This document shows, piece after piece, positions 15,050 through 22,375 of a DNA stretch of 27,799 nt (positions within the stretch are counted from its first letter, which is position 1; each line of letters begins with the position of its first letter). Below the pieces are notes generated by a model. The model saw only the letters and a program-made list of their open reading frames with translations, was not told the origin of the DNA and made no database searches. The stretch is from assembly GCA_041584255.1 (NCBI GenBank), contig JBFHEJ010000001.1, positions 1 to 27,799 on the forward strand, written 5' to 3'. The position numbers and the translations under genes were made by a program. Source of the DNA: Lysobacterales bacterium. GTDB taxonomy: Bacteria > Pseudomonadota > Gammaproteobacteria > Xanthomonadales > SZUA-36.

Positions 15050-16345
15050 ATAACTGAACTCAAGACCATTCCGGCGTCCGAACACCGGATCGCCATCGAC
15101 CAGCTGTGCCCTAAGGCTACCGAAGTGGTGCGCGAGCTCCAGGAGGCCGGTTACCAGGCATTCATCGTCGGTGGCAGTGTCCGCGACCTGCTGCTCGGCA
15201 AACAGCCAAAAGATTTTGACGTCGCCACCGACGCCACCCCCGAACAGGTCAAACGTGTTTTTCCGCGCTGCCGCCTGATCGGGCGCCGTTTCCGGCTGGC
15301 GCACGTGCGCCGCAACGGCGTTTTAGTCGAGGTGGCGACGTTTCGCGGCGCACACGACTCGGAAAACGGCGAGCACCACAGCGGCAGGATCATTCGCGAC
15401 AATGTCTGGGGAACGCTGCAAGAGGACGCCTTGCGACGCGATTTCACCATCAATGCCCTGTTCCTCGACCCGGTCGGCGGCGACATCTCTGACTTTACCG
15501 GTGGCTACGAAGATCTGGCCGAGCGGCGCCTCAGGCTGGTTGGCGATCCCGAAACCCGTTACCGCGAGGACCCGGTTCGCCTGTTACGGGCCGCCCGCTT
15601 CGTGGCCAAGCTGGGCGTGGAAGCCGATCGCAAGACCGCCGGGCTGATCCCCAGGCTGGCGCCGCTTCTGGCGGATATGCCCCCGGCGCGCCTGTTCGAG
15701 GAAGTGTGCAAGCTGTTCCTGACCGGGCACGCCATGCGCAGTTTCGAGGCGCTGCAACGCTTTGGGCTCAGCGCCACCCTCTTTCCTGCTTTGCAGCCAT
15801 CGAGTGCGGCGGGCAAGGTCGTGGCCGATCCCCTGTTCATGGATGCACTGCGTAATACCGATGAACGCGTCGGCAAGGATCTGCCGGTGACGCCCTCCTT
15901 CCTGTTCGCGGCGCTGTTGTGGGCACCGGTCTGGGCGTCTGCGCAGGACCACATCCGGCGTGGCGCGAGCATGCACGACGCCCTGCTGCTCGCCAGCGAC
16001 CCGGTGTTTGACCGTCAAACCAAACGTACGGCCATTCCGCGCCGGTTCAGCGCAGTCGCACGGCAGATCTGGGTCATGCAGTCGCGTTTCGAGCGGATGC
16101 GCGGAAAGCGCACCAAGAGGATACTTTCAGACCGGAGCTTTCGCGCGGCCTATGACTTCCTGCTGCTGCGCGCAGGGCAGGATGAGACGCTCAAGCCGCT
16201 GGCTGAGTTCTGGACCGAGGCGCAGAAGGGCCATGACTTCTCGAGACCGGCGGCCAGGGCAGGAACCGCAAAGCCATCCACCCGCGGGCGCCGCGGCGGC
16301 AGGCGGAGGCGCGGGGGTCGAAAGCGGGGCGGGCAAAAGGGCTGA
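15050..16345 (+). CDS. pcnB: Poly(A) polymerase I; true start probably non-canonical and upstream of the track start 15125
   Basis: GGSVRDLLLG..PKDFDVAT, PAP-specific LIGRRFRLAHV, RRDFTINAL, RYREDPVRLLRA, FRAAYDFLLLR, basic Arg/Gly tail; the conserved TIP..EH.I..L...A..V motif lies at 15065-15125. Confidence 0.93.
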   Translation: MTELKTIPASEHRIAIDQLCPKATEVVRELQEAGYQAFIVGGSVRDLLLGKQPKDFDVATDATPEQVKRVFPRCRLIGRRFRLAHVRRNGVLVEVATFRGAHDSENGEHHSGRIIRDNVWGTLQEDALRRDFTINALFLDPVGGDISDFTGGYEDLAERRLRLVGDPETRYREDPVRLLRAARFVAKLGVEADRKTAGLIPRLAPLLADMPPARLFEEVCKLFLTGHAMRSFEALQRFGLSATLFPALQPSSAAGKVVADPLFMDALRNTDERVGKDLPVTPSFLFAALLWAPVWASAQDHIRRGASMHDALLLASDPVFDRQTKRTAIPRRFSAVARQIWVMQSRFERMRGKRTKRILSDRSFRAAYDFLLLRAGQDETLKPLAEFWTEAQKGHDFSRPAARAGTAKPSTRGRRGGRRRRGGRKRGGQKG

Positions 16346-16351
16346 CCTCAC

Positions 16352-16855
16352 TTGAGCGCTGACTCCCACAGGGCGTTCGTTGGGCTGGGAAGCAACCTCG
16401 TTGGGCCCCTCGGGCGCTCGGCCGATTACATATCAGCAGCCTTGTCCCGGCTGGCGGAAGCCGAAGGCGTCCTCAATGTCCGCCATTCACGGCTCTATCG
16501 CTCCGCGCCGTGGGGTAACTCTGATCAGGCTGACTTCACCAATGCAGTTGCTGAGTGCCGCTGCGCCATTCCTGCGGAGCAACTGCTCGACACCCTGCTG
16601 GGCATCGAGGACTCGCTCGGCCGCCGGCGTGGGGAGAAGTGGGGCCCCCGCCTGATCGACCTCGACCTGCTGACTTTCGATGACCTGGTGTGGCACAGCG
16701 ACCGGCTCACTCTGCCACACCCATTAATGCACCAGCGGGCTTTCGTCTTGCAACCGCTGCTGGAGCTCGATCCGGACTTCGTCATCCCCGAGATTGGCCG
16801 CGCCGATGCGTGCCTGGCTGCGCTGGATGTGGCGCAGCTGGCCAAATCCCTCTGA
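16352..16855 (+). CDS. folK: 2-amino-4-hydroxy-6-hydroxymethyldihydropteridine diphosphokinase
   Basis: AFVGLGSNL, SRLYRSAPWG..Q.DFTNAV, KWGPRLIDLDLL, LTLPHPLMHQRAFVLQPL. Confidence 0.96.
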   Translation: MSADSHRAFVGLGSNLVGPLGRSADYISAALSRLAEAEGVLNVRHSRLYRSAPWGNSDQADFTNAVAECRCAIPAEQLLDTLLGIEDSLGRRRGEKWGPRLIDLDLLTFDDLVWHSDRLTLPHPLMHQRAFVLQPLLELDPDFVIPEIGRADACLAALDVAQLAKSL

Positions 16856-16858
16856 GGT

Positions 16859-16887
16859 TTCGCCACGGCGGGCGGATTCGTTAAACT
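16859..16887 (+). promoter_or_regulatory. Possible internal sigma70 promoter for panBC
   Basis: TTCGCC-N17-TAAACT in the folK-panB gap. Confidence 0.4.
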
Positions 16888-16923
16888 GCGAGGCGCGCAG
16901 AGCGCGGTGCACGGAGCAGGCAA

Positions 16924-17721
16924 GTGGCAGGCAAAGGCAATCTGACGATCACTGACCTTACGGCCATGAAGCAGCGAGGCGAGAAAATGGCCATGCTGAC
17001 CTGTTACGACGCCACCTTCGCCGCGGTGATGGACGAGGCCGGCGTCGACATCATCCTGGTGGGCGATTCACTTGGCATGGTGGTGCAGGGGCGCGAGACG
17101 ACCGTCGCTGTCACGGTCGACGACATGGCTTACCACACCCGTGCGGTTGCACGGGGAATCCGCAGGGCGTTTCTGCTCGCCGATATGCCCTACGGCAGTT
17201 ACCACAACGCCGCAACGGCGATGGCCAATGCCCACCGGCTGATGGCCGCCGGCGGCCACATGGTCAAACTGGAAGGCGCCGGCCCCTACATTGAAGTGGT
17301 CGAGTACCTTGCCAGCCGTGGGGTGCCGGTGTGCGGGCACCTGGGACTGACACCGCAGAGCGTGCATCAGCTCGGCGGATTCAAGGTTCAGGCGCGTGAA
17401 GACGCGGCAGCCGAACAACTACGCCAGGACGCCCGCGCGCTGCAGCAGGCCGGGGCGCAAATGCTCGTCCTCGAAGCCATCCCTTCGCCGTTGGCGGCTG
17501 ATGTGACGCAGGACCTGGATATCGCCGTTATCGGCATCGGCGCGGGTCCCGACTGCGATGGCCAGGTGCTGGTCATGCACGACATGCTTGGCCTCAGCAA
17601 ACGGCTGCCGAAGTTCGTGCGCAATTTCATGGCGGGGCAAGCCGATATTGCTTCGGCATTCGGGCAGTACGTCGCCGACGTCAGGAGCGGCGCCTTCCCT
17701 GCCGAAGAACACCAGTACTGA
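16924..17721 (+). CDS. panB: 3-methyl-2-oxobutanoate hydroxymethyltransferase
   Basis: [63 protein letters not shown]. Confidence 0.97.
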   Translation: MAGKGNLTITDLTAMKQRGEKMAMLTCYDATFAAVMDEAGVDIILVGDSLGMVVQGRETTVAVTVDDMAYHTRAVARGIRRAFLLADMPYGSYHNAATAMANAHRLMAAGGHMVKLEGAGPYIEVVEYLASRGVPVCGHLGLTPQSVHQLGGFKVQAREDAAAEQLRQDARALQQAGAQMLVLEAIPSPLAADVTQDLDIAVIGIGAGPDCDGQVLVMHDMLGLSKRLPKFVRNFMAGQADIASAFGQYVADVRSGAFPAEEHQY

Positions 17722-17729
17722 TCCCCTCC

Positions 17730-18581
17730 ATGGAGTCCATATCGGATCGCCGATCAATGCGTGAGCGGGTTTCCGGCTGGAAGGGCCGGGGACATCGCGT
17801 GGCACTGGTGCCTACTATGGGCAATTTGCACGAAGGACACCTGTCGCTGGTGCGCGTTGCCCGCCGGCTTGCCGACCGCTGCATCACCAGCATCTATGTG
17901 AACCCCGCCCAGTTCGGCGAGGGCGAGGATTTCGCGCGCTACCCGCGCACCCTGGAGGCCGACCTGGAGAAACTCGAGCGCTCAGGCTGCGACGCGGCCT
18001 TCGTGCCTGATACCGCCACGCTGTATCCGTACGGCCTCGAGCGTGCCACGCTGCTGCGCGCCGCGCCCGATCTGGCCCAACGCCTCGAAGGCAGATTTCG
18101 GCCGGGCCATTTCGACGGCGTCGTCAGCGTGGTGGCCAGGCTGTTCGCCGTGGTGCAGCCGGATATCGCGGTGTTTGGTGAGAAGGACTTTCAGCAGTTG
18201 CTGGTCGTGCGCAGGATGACCCGCGACCTTGGCTTCAACCTCGAGATTTATGGTGCCGAGACCATACGGTCCCAGGACGGGCTGGCACTGAGCTCTCGCA
18301 ATGCTTATCTCGACGAGGCCCAGGTCGGCGCCGCCAACACACTCAACCTGGTGCTGGCGGAGGCGGCAGCCGCCGCATCCGAAAGCGGTACCGTGCTGGA
18401 GACGCTGGAAACCGCGGCCACCCAATCACTGGAAGCCGCGGGCCTCAAAGTCGACTACCTGGCGATCCGGCGTGCCGAAGATCTGGCGCCACCGGACGAT
18501 GCGGACAAATCATTGCGTGTGCTGGCGGCAGTCTGGTGTGGTTCGACGCGGTTGATCGATAACGTTGCCGCGGAGCGGTAG
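17730..18581 (+). CDS. panC: Pantoate--beta-alanine ligase
   Basis: VPTMGNLHEGHLSL, SIYVNPAQF, RPGHFDGV, FGEKDFQQL, DGLALSSRN, RLIDNV. Confidence 0.97.
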   Translation: MESISDRRSMRERVSGWKGRGHRVALVPTMGNLHEGHLSLVRVARRLADRCITSIYVNPAQFGEGEDFARYPRTLEADLEKLERSGCDAAFVPDTATLYPYGLERATLLRAAPDLAQRLEGRFRPGHFDGVVSVVARLFAVVQPDIAVFGEKDFQQLLVVRRMTRDLGFNLEIYGAETIRSQDGLALSSRNAYLDEAQVGAANTLNLVLAEAAAAASESGTVLETLETAATQSLEAAGLKVDYLAIRRAEDLAPPDDADKSLRVLAAVWCGSTRLIDNVAAER

Positions 18582-18632
18582 CTCGGAACGATCATCCGGA
18601 GCGGGGCGAATCGAAGCAGTGTCGCAAAATAG

Positions 18633-18660
18633 TTGCAATCGGGCCCGGTAGTGGTATCAT
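18633..18660 (+). promoter_or_regulatory. Sigma70-type promoter for the candidate sRNA
   Basis: TTGCAA (18633-18638)-N16-TATCAT (18655-18660) with TG at the extended -10 position. Confidence 0.6.
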
Positions 18661-18665
18661 TACAA

Positions 18666-18771
18666 CCGACCTTGGCAAAACTGCAACGTTTTCCAAGGTT
18701 GCAGGGCGCGAAAGACGGGTACATCACTCCAAAAGCCTGCCTCTCCCAAGCAATTGGGAGAGGTTTTTTTT
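18666..18771 (+). ncRNA. Candidate ~105-nt small RNA (or pgi leader/attenuator), family unassigned
   Basis: Bracketed by the promoter above and an intrinsic terminator; 5' hairpin accttgg-c-aaaac/tgcaac/gtttt-ccaaggt; no SD-led ORF on this strand. Confidence 0.55.
18740..18771 (+). terminator. Rho-independent terminator
   Basis: cctctcccaa-GCAA-ttgggagagg (10-bp perfect stem, GNRA loop) followed by T8. Confidence 0.92.
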
Positions 18772-18800
18772 GTTCAAAAATTTGTATAAAAAACCAAATA

Positions 18801-18813
18801 AAACAAATAGTTA
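18801..18813 (+). promoter_or_regulatory. Possible IHF site in the AT-rich region upstream of pgi
   Basis: AAACAAATAGTTA (one mismatch to WATCAANNNNTTR), preceded by A-tracts. Confidence 0.35.
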
Positions 18814-18963
18814 AATCATTTGGTCCGCGCCATGAAGTGTCTCATTGGTCACAAATGATGCGCCCTTGGGCTGCTGTATCGATCCTCGCCATCACGCACA
18901 AGCAGGCTGCCGCCAGGCCGAAAAATATGGTCCAATGCCCCGCAGTACACCCGGTTTGAGCCC

Positions 18964-20619
18964 ATGAATGCACCCGAAAAAGCCTCTGAAAGCGTGAAAA
19001 TCGGCCACTTGTTGCAAAATTACAACAATTCCCGTCCGCCCATTGGACATTTGCTGGACGAGGATCCGCAGCGATTTGAGCGATTTTCGAGGAATGCCTG
19101 TGGCCTATTGCTGGACTACAGCCGCTGTGGGCTGGACAGCGAGTCCTTCCAAAACCTCGTTGATCTCGCCCGGGCCTGCGATGTGGCGGGACAGCGCGGG
19201 CGCATGTTCGGTGGGGAGGCCATTAATTTCACCGAGAAGCGGCCTGTGCTTCATCGGCTGTGGCGTGATCACTGCTTTGGCGACCTGCTTCCCGCGGAGC
19301 AGGCCAAAAACCTGAACCGGGCCGTCGAGCGCATGGGCCATGTCGCCGGCGCTTTGCGGCGCGGGGCACTGCCAGATGGTGGTGCGGGTCGAATCACGGA
19401 TGTGGTGCACATCGGTATCGGCGGTTCATTGCTGGGTCCACGGTTGCTGGTCGAGGCGTTCGCCGGCGAGGGCCATGATGGTGAAGTCCAAGTGCCGCGG
19501 ATTCATTTCCTGAGTTCGGTCGACCCAGGGCCACGCGAGTTTTTGCTAAAAAGCCTCGATCCGGAGACCACCGCGCTCATCGTGGTGTCGAAGAGCTTCA
19601 CAACGGCTGAAGTCATGACGCATGCACGGGCTCTGTTCGACTGGCAGGAAACGGCGCTCGACAGCGGCGAAGTTGCGCGCCGTCGTTTCGGCGTCACATC
19701 CCGCCCGGACAAGGCCGCCGCGTGGTCCATTCCCGATAATCACCTGCTGGAGATGGGCGAATGGACGGGCGGGCGATACTCGTTGTGGTCGCCCGTCGGG
19801 CTGACCGCGGCCATCGTCATGGGGCCCCAGGCATTCGAGCAGCTACTTGCGGGTGGGGCGGCGATGGACCGTCACTTTCGGGAAACCAGGTTGGCGTCCA
19901 ACCTGCCGGTCATCGCGGCCATGCTCGATGTCTGGCACCGCAACGCCTGCGGCCTGCCGAACCTGGCCGTCATTCCGTACGACAGCCGGCTCGCCGAGTT
20001 GCCCGGCTGGCTGCAGCAGGTGACGATGGAGTCGAACGGCAAGCACAGCAAGATCGATGGCAGCCATGTCGACAGCGAAACCTCGCAGGTGATTTTCGGT
20101 GATTGCGGCACCGACGCCCAGCATTCCTTTTTCCAGGCCTTTCACCAGGGCACCAGCGTGGTGCCGGTGGATTTCATCGGCGTTGCACAGTCCGGTCACG
20201 CGGACAACGAGGCCAAGGCGCGTCTGCTTTCGCACATGCTGGCCCAGGCCACTGCGCTGGCCCGGGGAAGGACCCTCGATGAGGTCCGTGACGAGATGCG
20301 CAGCCAGGGCGTTGCCGGAGATGAGATAGACCGCCTCGCGGTGCACCGGGTGATGCCGGGCGACCGGCCGTCCAACGTCATCGTGATGGATGATTTCAGC
20401 CCCGCAACGCTGGGCGCCCTGCTGGTGTTCTATGAGCACCGCGTATTCGTGCAAAGCGTGATCTGGGGCATCAACGCCTTCGACCAGTGGGGCGTGGAGC
20501 TGGGCAAGACGCTGGCGGACGCCATCGAGCCTTCAGTGGCCGACCCCTCAACGCCTCCCCCGGATTCGCTACCGGAACTGAAGGGCCTACTTACCCACAT
20601 CCACAGCAAGAGCGGGTAA
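18964..20619 (+). CDS. pgi: Glucose-6-phosphate isomerase
   Basis: INFTEKRPVLH, HIGIGGSLLGP, VSKSFTT, GGRYSLWS, QQVTMESNGK, GTDAQHSFFQ..HQG, NAFDQWGVELGK. Confidence 0.96.
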   Translation: MNAPEKASESVKIGHLLQNYNNSRPPIGHLLDEDPQRFERFSRNACGLLLDYSRCGLDSESFQNLVDLARACDVAGQRGRMFGGEAINFTEKRPVLHRLWRDHCFGDLLPAEQAKNLNRAVERMGHVAGALRRGALPDGGAGRITDVVHIGIGGSLLGPRLLVEAFAGEGHDGEVQVPRIHFLSSVDPGPREFLLKSLDPETTALIVVSKSFTTAEVMTHARALFDWQETALDSGEVARRRFGVTSRPDKAAAWSIPDNHLLEMGEWTGGRYSLWSPVGLTAAIVMGPQAFEQLLAGGAAMDRHFRETRLASNLPVIAAMLDVWHRNACGLPNLAVIPYDSRLAELPGWLQQVTMESNGKHSKIDGSHVDSETSQVIFGDCGTDAQHSFFQAFHQGTSVVPVDFIGVAQSGHADNEAKARLLSHMLAQATALARGRTLDEVRDEMRSQGVAGDEIDRLAVHRVMPGDRPSNVIVMDDFSPATLGALLVFYEHRVFVQSVIWGINAFDQWGVELGKTLADAIEPSVADPSTPPPDSLPELKGLLTHIHSKSG

Positions 20620-20642
20620 GCGTCAACGACAGGAATCGCGGT

Positions 20643-20750
20643 TTTCCCATCTGTCTCATGGGTTCGCGGCCCCTTTGGGGCTGCCCTCACTCGTGGCCGC
20701 TTTGTGGACACGCCCCTCACAGTGCTCGCAGCGGCGTCGCCGCCTAATTT
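20643..20750 (-). repeat. Structured intergenic repeat, copy 3 (partial), between convergent pgi and the DUF853 gene
   Basis: Plus-strand gtctcatg-ggtt-cgcggcc...ct-gccctcact-cgtggccgct-tt-gtggacacgc aligns with the reverse complement of copy 2 (gtctcatg-tatc-cgcggcc...ctcccctcgct-tcttgccgct-tg-gtggacacgc) and with copy 1. Confidence 0.65.
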
Positions 20751-20819
20751 CCGGACCTGCGGTCCTTTCATCACGGCGGCTTTTGCCAGCGACTGTGCAG
20801 ATGTTCGTCGTATGAGCGG

Positions 20820-22277
20820 TCAGCGGGATTTCTTGAGCACGCCGAGCAGGCCGCGCATGATCTCGCGGCCGAGCATGGAACCCATCGAGCGCAGGGTGCT
20901 CTTGACCATCGCTTCGCTGGGTGACTGACGTGAGCTCTTGCGTGCTGCTTTCTTTGCCGGGGTCTCGCCGGACTTCTCCAGCTCCTTCGCTATTTGCTCG
21001 GCACGGGCCTGCAGTACCTCGGCGGCCGACTCACGATCGAGCGGCATGTCATAGCGGGTGCCGACCGGGCTGCGGCCGCGCACCTCGTTGAATTCCTCCT
21101 CGCTTGCCGGTCCGATTCGTGACGTCGGTGGCCGAATCAGCGTGCGGTCGACGATACCCGGGATGCCTTTCTCCTGCAGGGTGGACACCAGGGCCTCCCC
21201 CACGCCGAGCTGCGTGATGGCTTCCTCGACATCGAGATTGGGGTTGCTGCGGAAAGTCTGCGCCGCGGCGCGCACCGCCTTCTGATCGCGGGGCGTGTAG
21301 GCGCGCAACGCGTGCTGGATGCGATTGCCGAGTTGCCCCAGCACGCTGTCGGGAATATCGAGCGGGTTTTGGGTGACGAAAAACACGCCCACGCCCTTGG
21401 AACGGATCAGGCGAACGACCTGCTCGACTTTCTCCAGCAAGGCGCGCGGCGCGTGGTCAAAAAGCAGGTGGGCCTCGTCGAAGAAAAACACCAGCTTGGG
21501 CTTGTCGGGGTCGCCCACCTCCGGTAACTCCTCGAACAACTCCGAAAGTAGCCACAGCAGGAAAGTCGCATAAAGCCTCGGATTGTTGATCAGCGAATCG
21601 GAAGCCAGTGCATTGATCACTCCGCGCCCGTTGAGGTCGGTGCGCAGCAGGTCGGAAAGCTCCAGAGCTGGTTCGCCGAAAAATTCCTCGGCGCCCTGGT
21701 CTTCCAGCACCAGGAGGCGCCGCTGGATGGCGGCGACGGAGGCCGGACTGACGTTGCCATACTGGTGGGAGAGCGTTTTTGCGTTCTGTGCCACGAAACG
21801 CAGCAGGGCCTGCAGGTCTTCGAGATCGAGCAACAGAAGGCCGTCCTCGTCGGCCACGCGGAACGCGATGTTGAGCACGCCCTCCTGCGTGTCGTTGAGT
21901 TCCAGCAGGTTGGCCAGCAGCAGCGGACCCATTTCGGAGATCGTCGTGCGGATCGGATGACCCTTGATGCCGAACAAATCCCAGTAGACCATCGGCCAGC
22001 TGGTCGGGGCGAAGTCCGGGATGCCAATTTTTTCCAGGCGCTCGTCGATCTTGGGATGCGGGCTGATGGGCTGGCTGAGGCCGGACAGATCGCCTTTCAC
22101 GTCGGCCAGGAAAACCGGCACGCCGATGCGCGAGAATCCTTCCGCCAGCACCTGCAGTGTTACGGTCTTGCCTGTGCCGGTTGCCCCGGTGATCAGGCCG
22201 TGTCGATTGGAGTAGCCAGGCCGCAGCCATTGCTTCTGTTCACCTTTACCAATCAGGATGGGAGATATTTCACTCAC
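20820..22277 (-). CDS. DUF853/YjgR-family HerA-like P-loop ATPase
   Basis: GTG 22277 with SD AAGAGG; [19 protein letters not shown] (Walker A), [20 protein letters not shown] (Walker B), [32 protein letters not shown]. Confidence 0.9.
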   Translation of the reverse strand: MSEISPILIGKGEQKQWLRPGYSNRHGLITGATGTGKTVTLQVLAEGFSRIGVPVFLADVKGDLSGLSQPISPHPKIDERLEKIGIPDFAPTSWPMVYWDLFGIKGHPIRTTISEMGPLLLANLLELNDTQEGVLNIAFRVADEDGLLLLDLEDLQALLRFVAQNAKTLSHQYGNVSPASVAAIQRRLLVLEDQGAEEFFGEPALELSDLLRTDLNGRGVINALASDSLINNPRLYATFLLWLLSELFEELPEVGDPDKPKLVFFFDEAHLLFDHAPRALLEKVEQVVRLIRSKGVGVFFVTQNPLDIPDSVLGQLGNRIQHALRAYTPRDQKAVRAAAQTFRSNPNLDVEEAITQLGVGEALVSTLQEKGIPGIVDRTLIRPPTSRIGPASEEEFNEVRGRSPVGTRYDMPLDRESAAEVLQARAEQIAKELEKSGETPAKKAARKSSRQSPSEAMVKSTLRSMGSMLGREIMRGLLGVLKKSR

Positions 22278-22375
22278 GGCGGACGCCTCTTTTTTATAGC
22301 GGTACGGTCGGTTAAGCTTCCGGACTTTCCTTGCGCCTTCCCGGGCCGACGAAGATAACCGAGCCAGAGTAACCA

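Noticed and set aside
18674-18720. c-di-GMP-I (GEMM) riboswitch resemblance (GGCAAA...stem...GGCGC)
   Set aside because: Lacks the GNRA-capped P2 loop, the GCAAAGC junction and the downstream P3 CUAA/GGYAGC elements; the similarity is superficial.
18455-18727. Cys-rich minus-strand ORF (MYPSFAPCNLGK...) preceded by GGAG
   Set aside because: It overlaps the panC 3' end antisense, has no recognisable domain, and the terminator polarity (U-tract on the plus strand) favours a plus-strand RNA; not fully excluded without Ribo-seq.
18846-18861. Sigma54 promoter upstream of pgi (TGG...TGC)
   Set aside because: GG and GC are 11 nt apart rather than the required 10.
18633-18959. 108-aa plus-strand ORF in the panC-pgi gap as a panD replacement
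   Set aside because: TTG start lies in the promoter -35 box with no SD, the frame crosses a strong terminator, and there is no similarity to aspartate decarboxylase.
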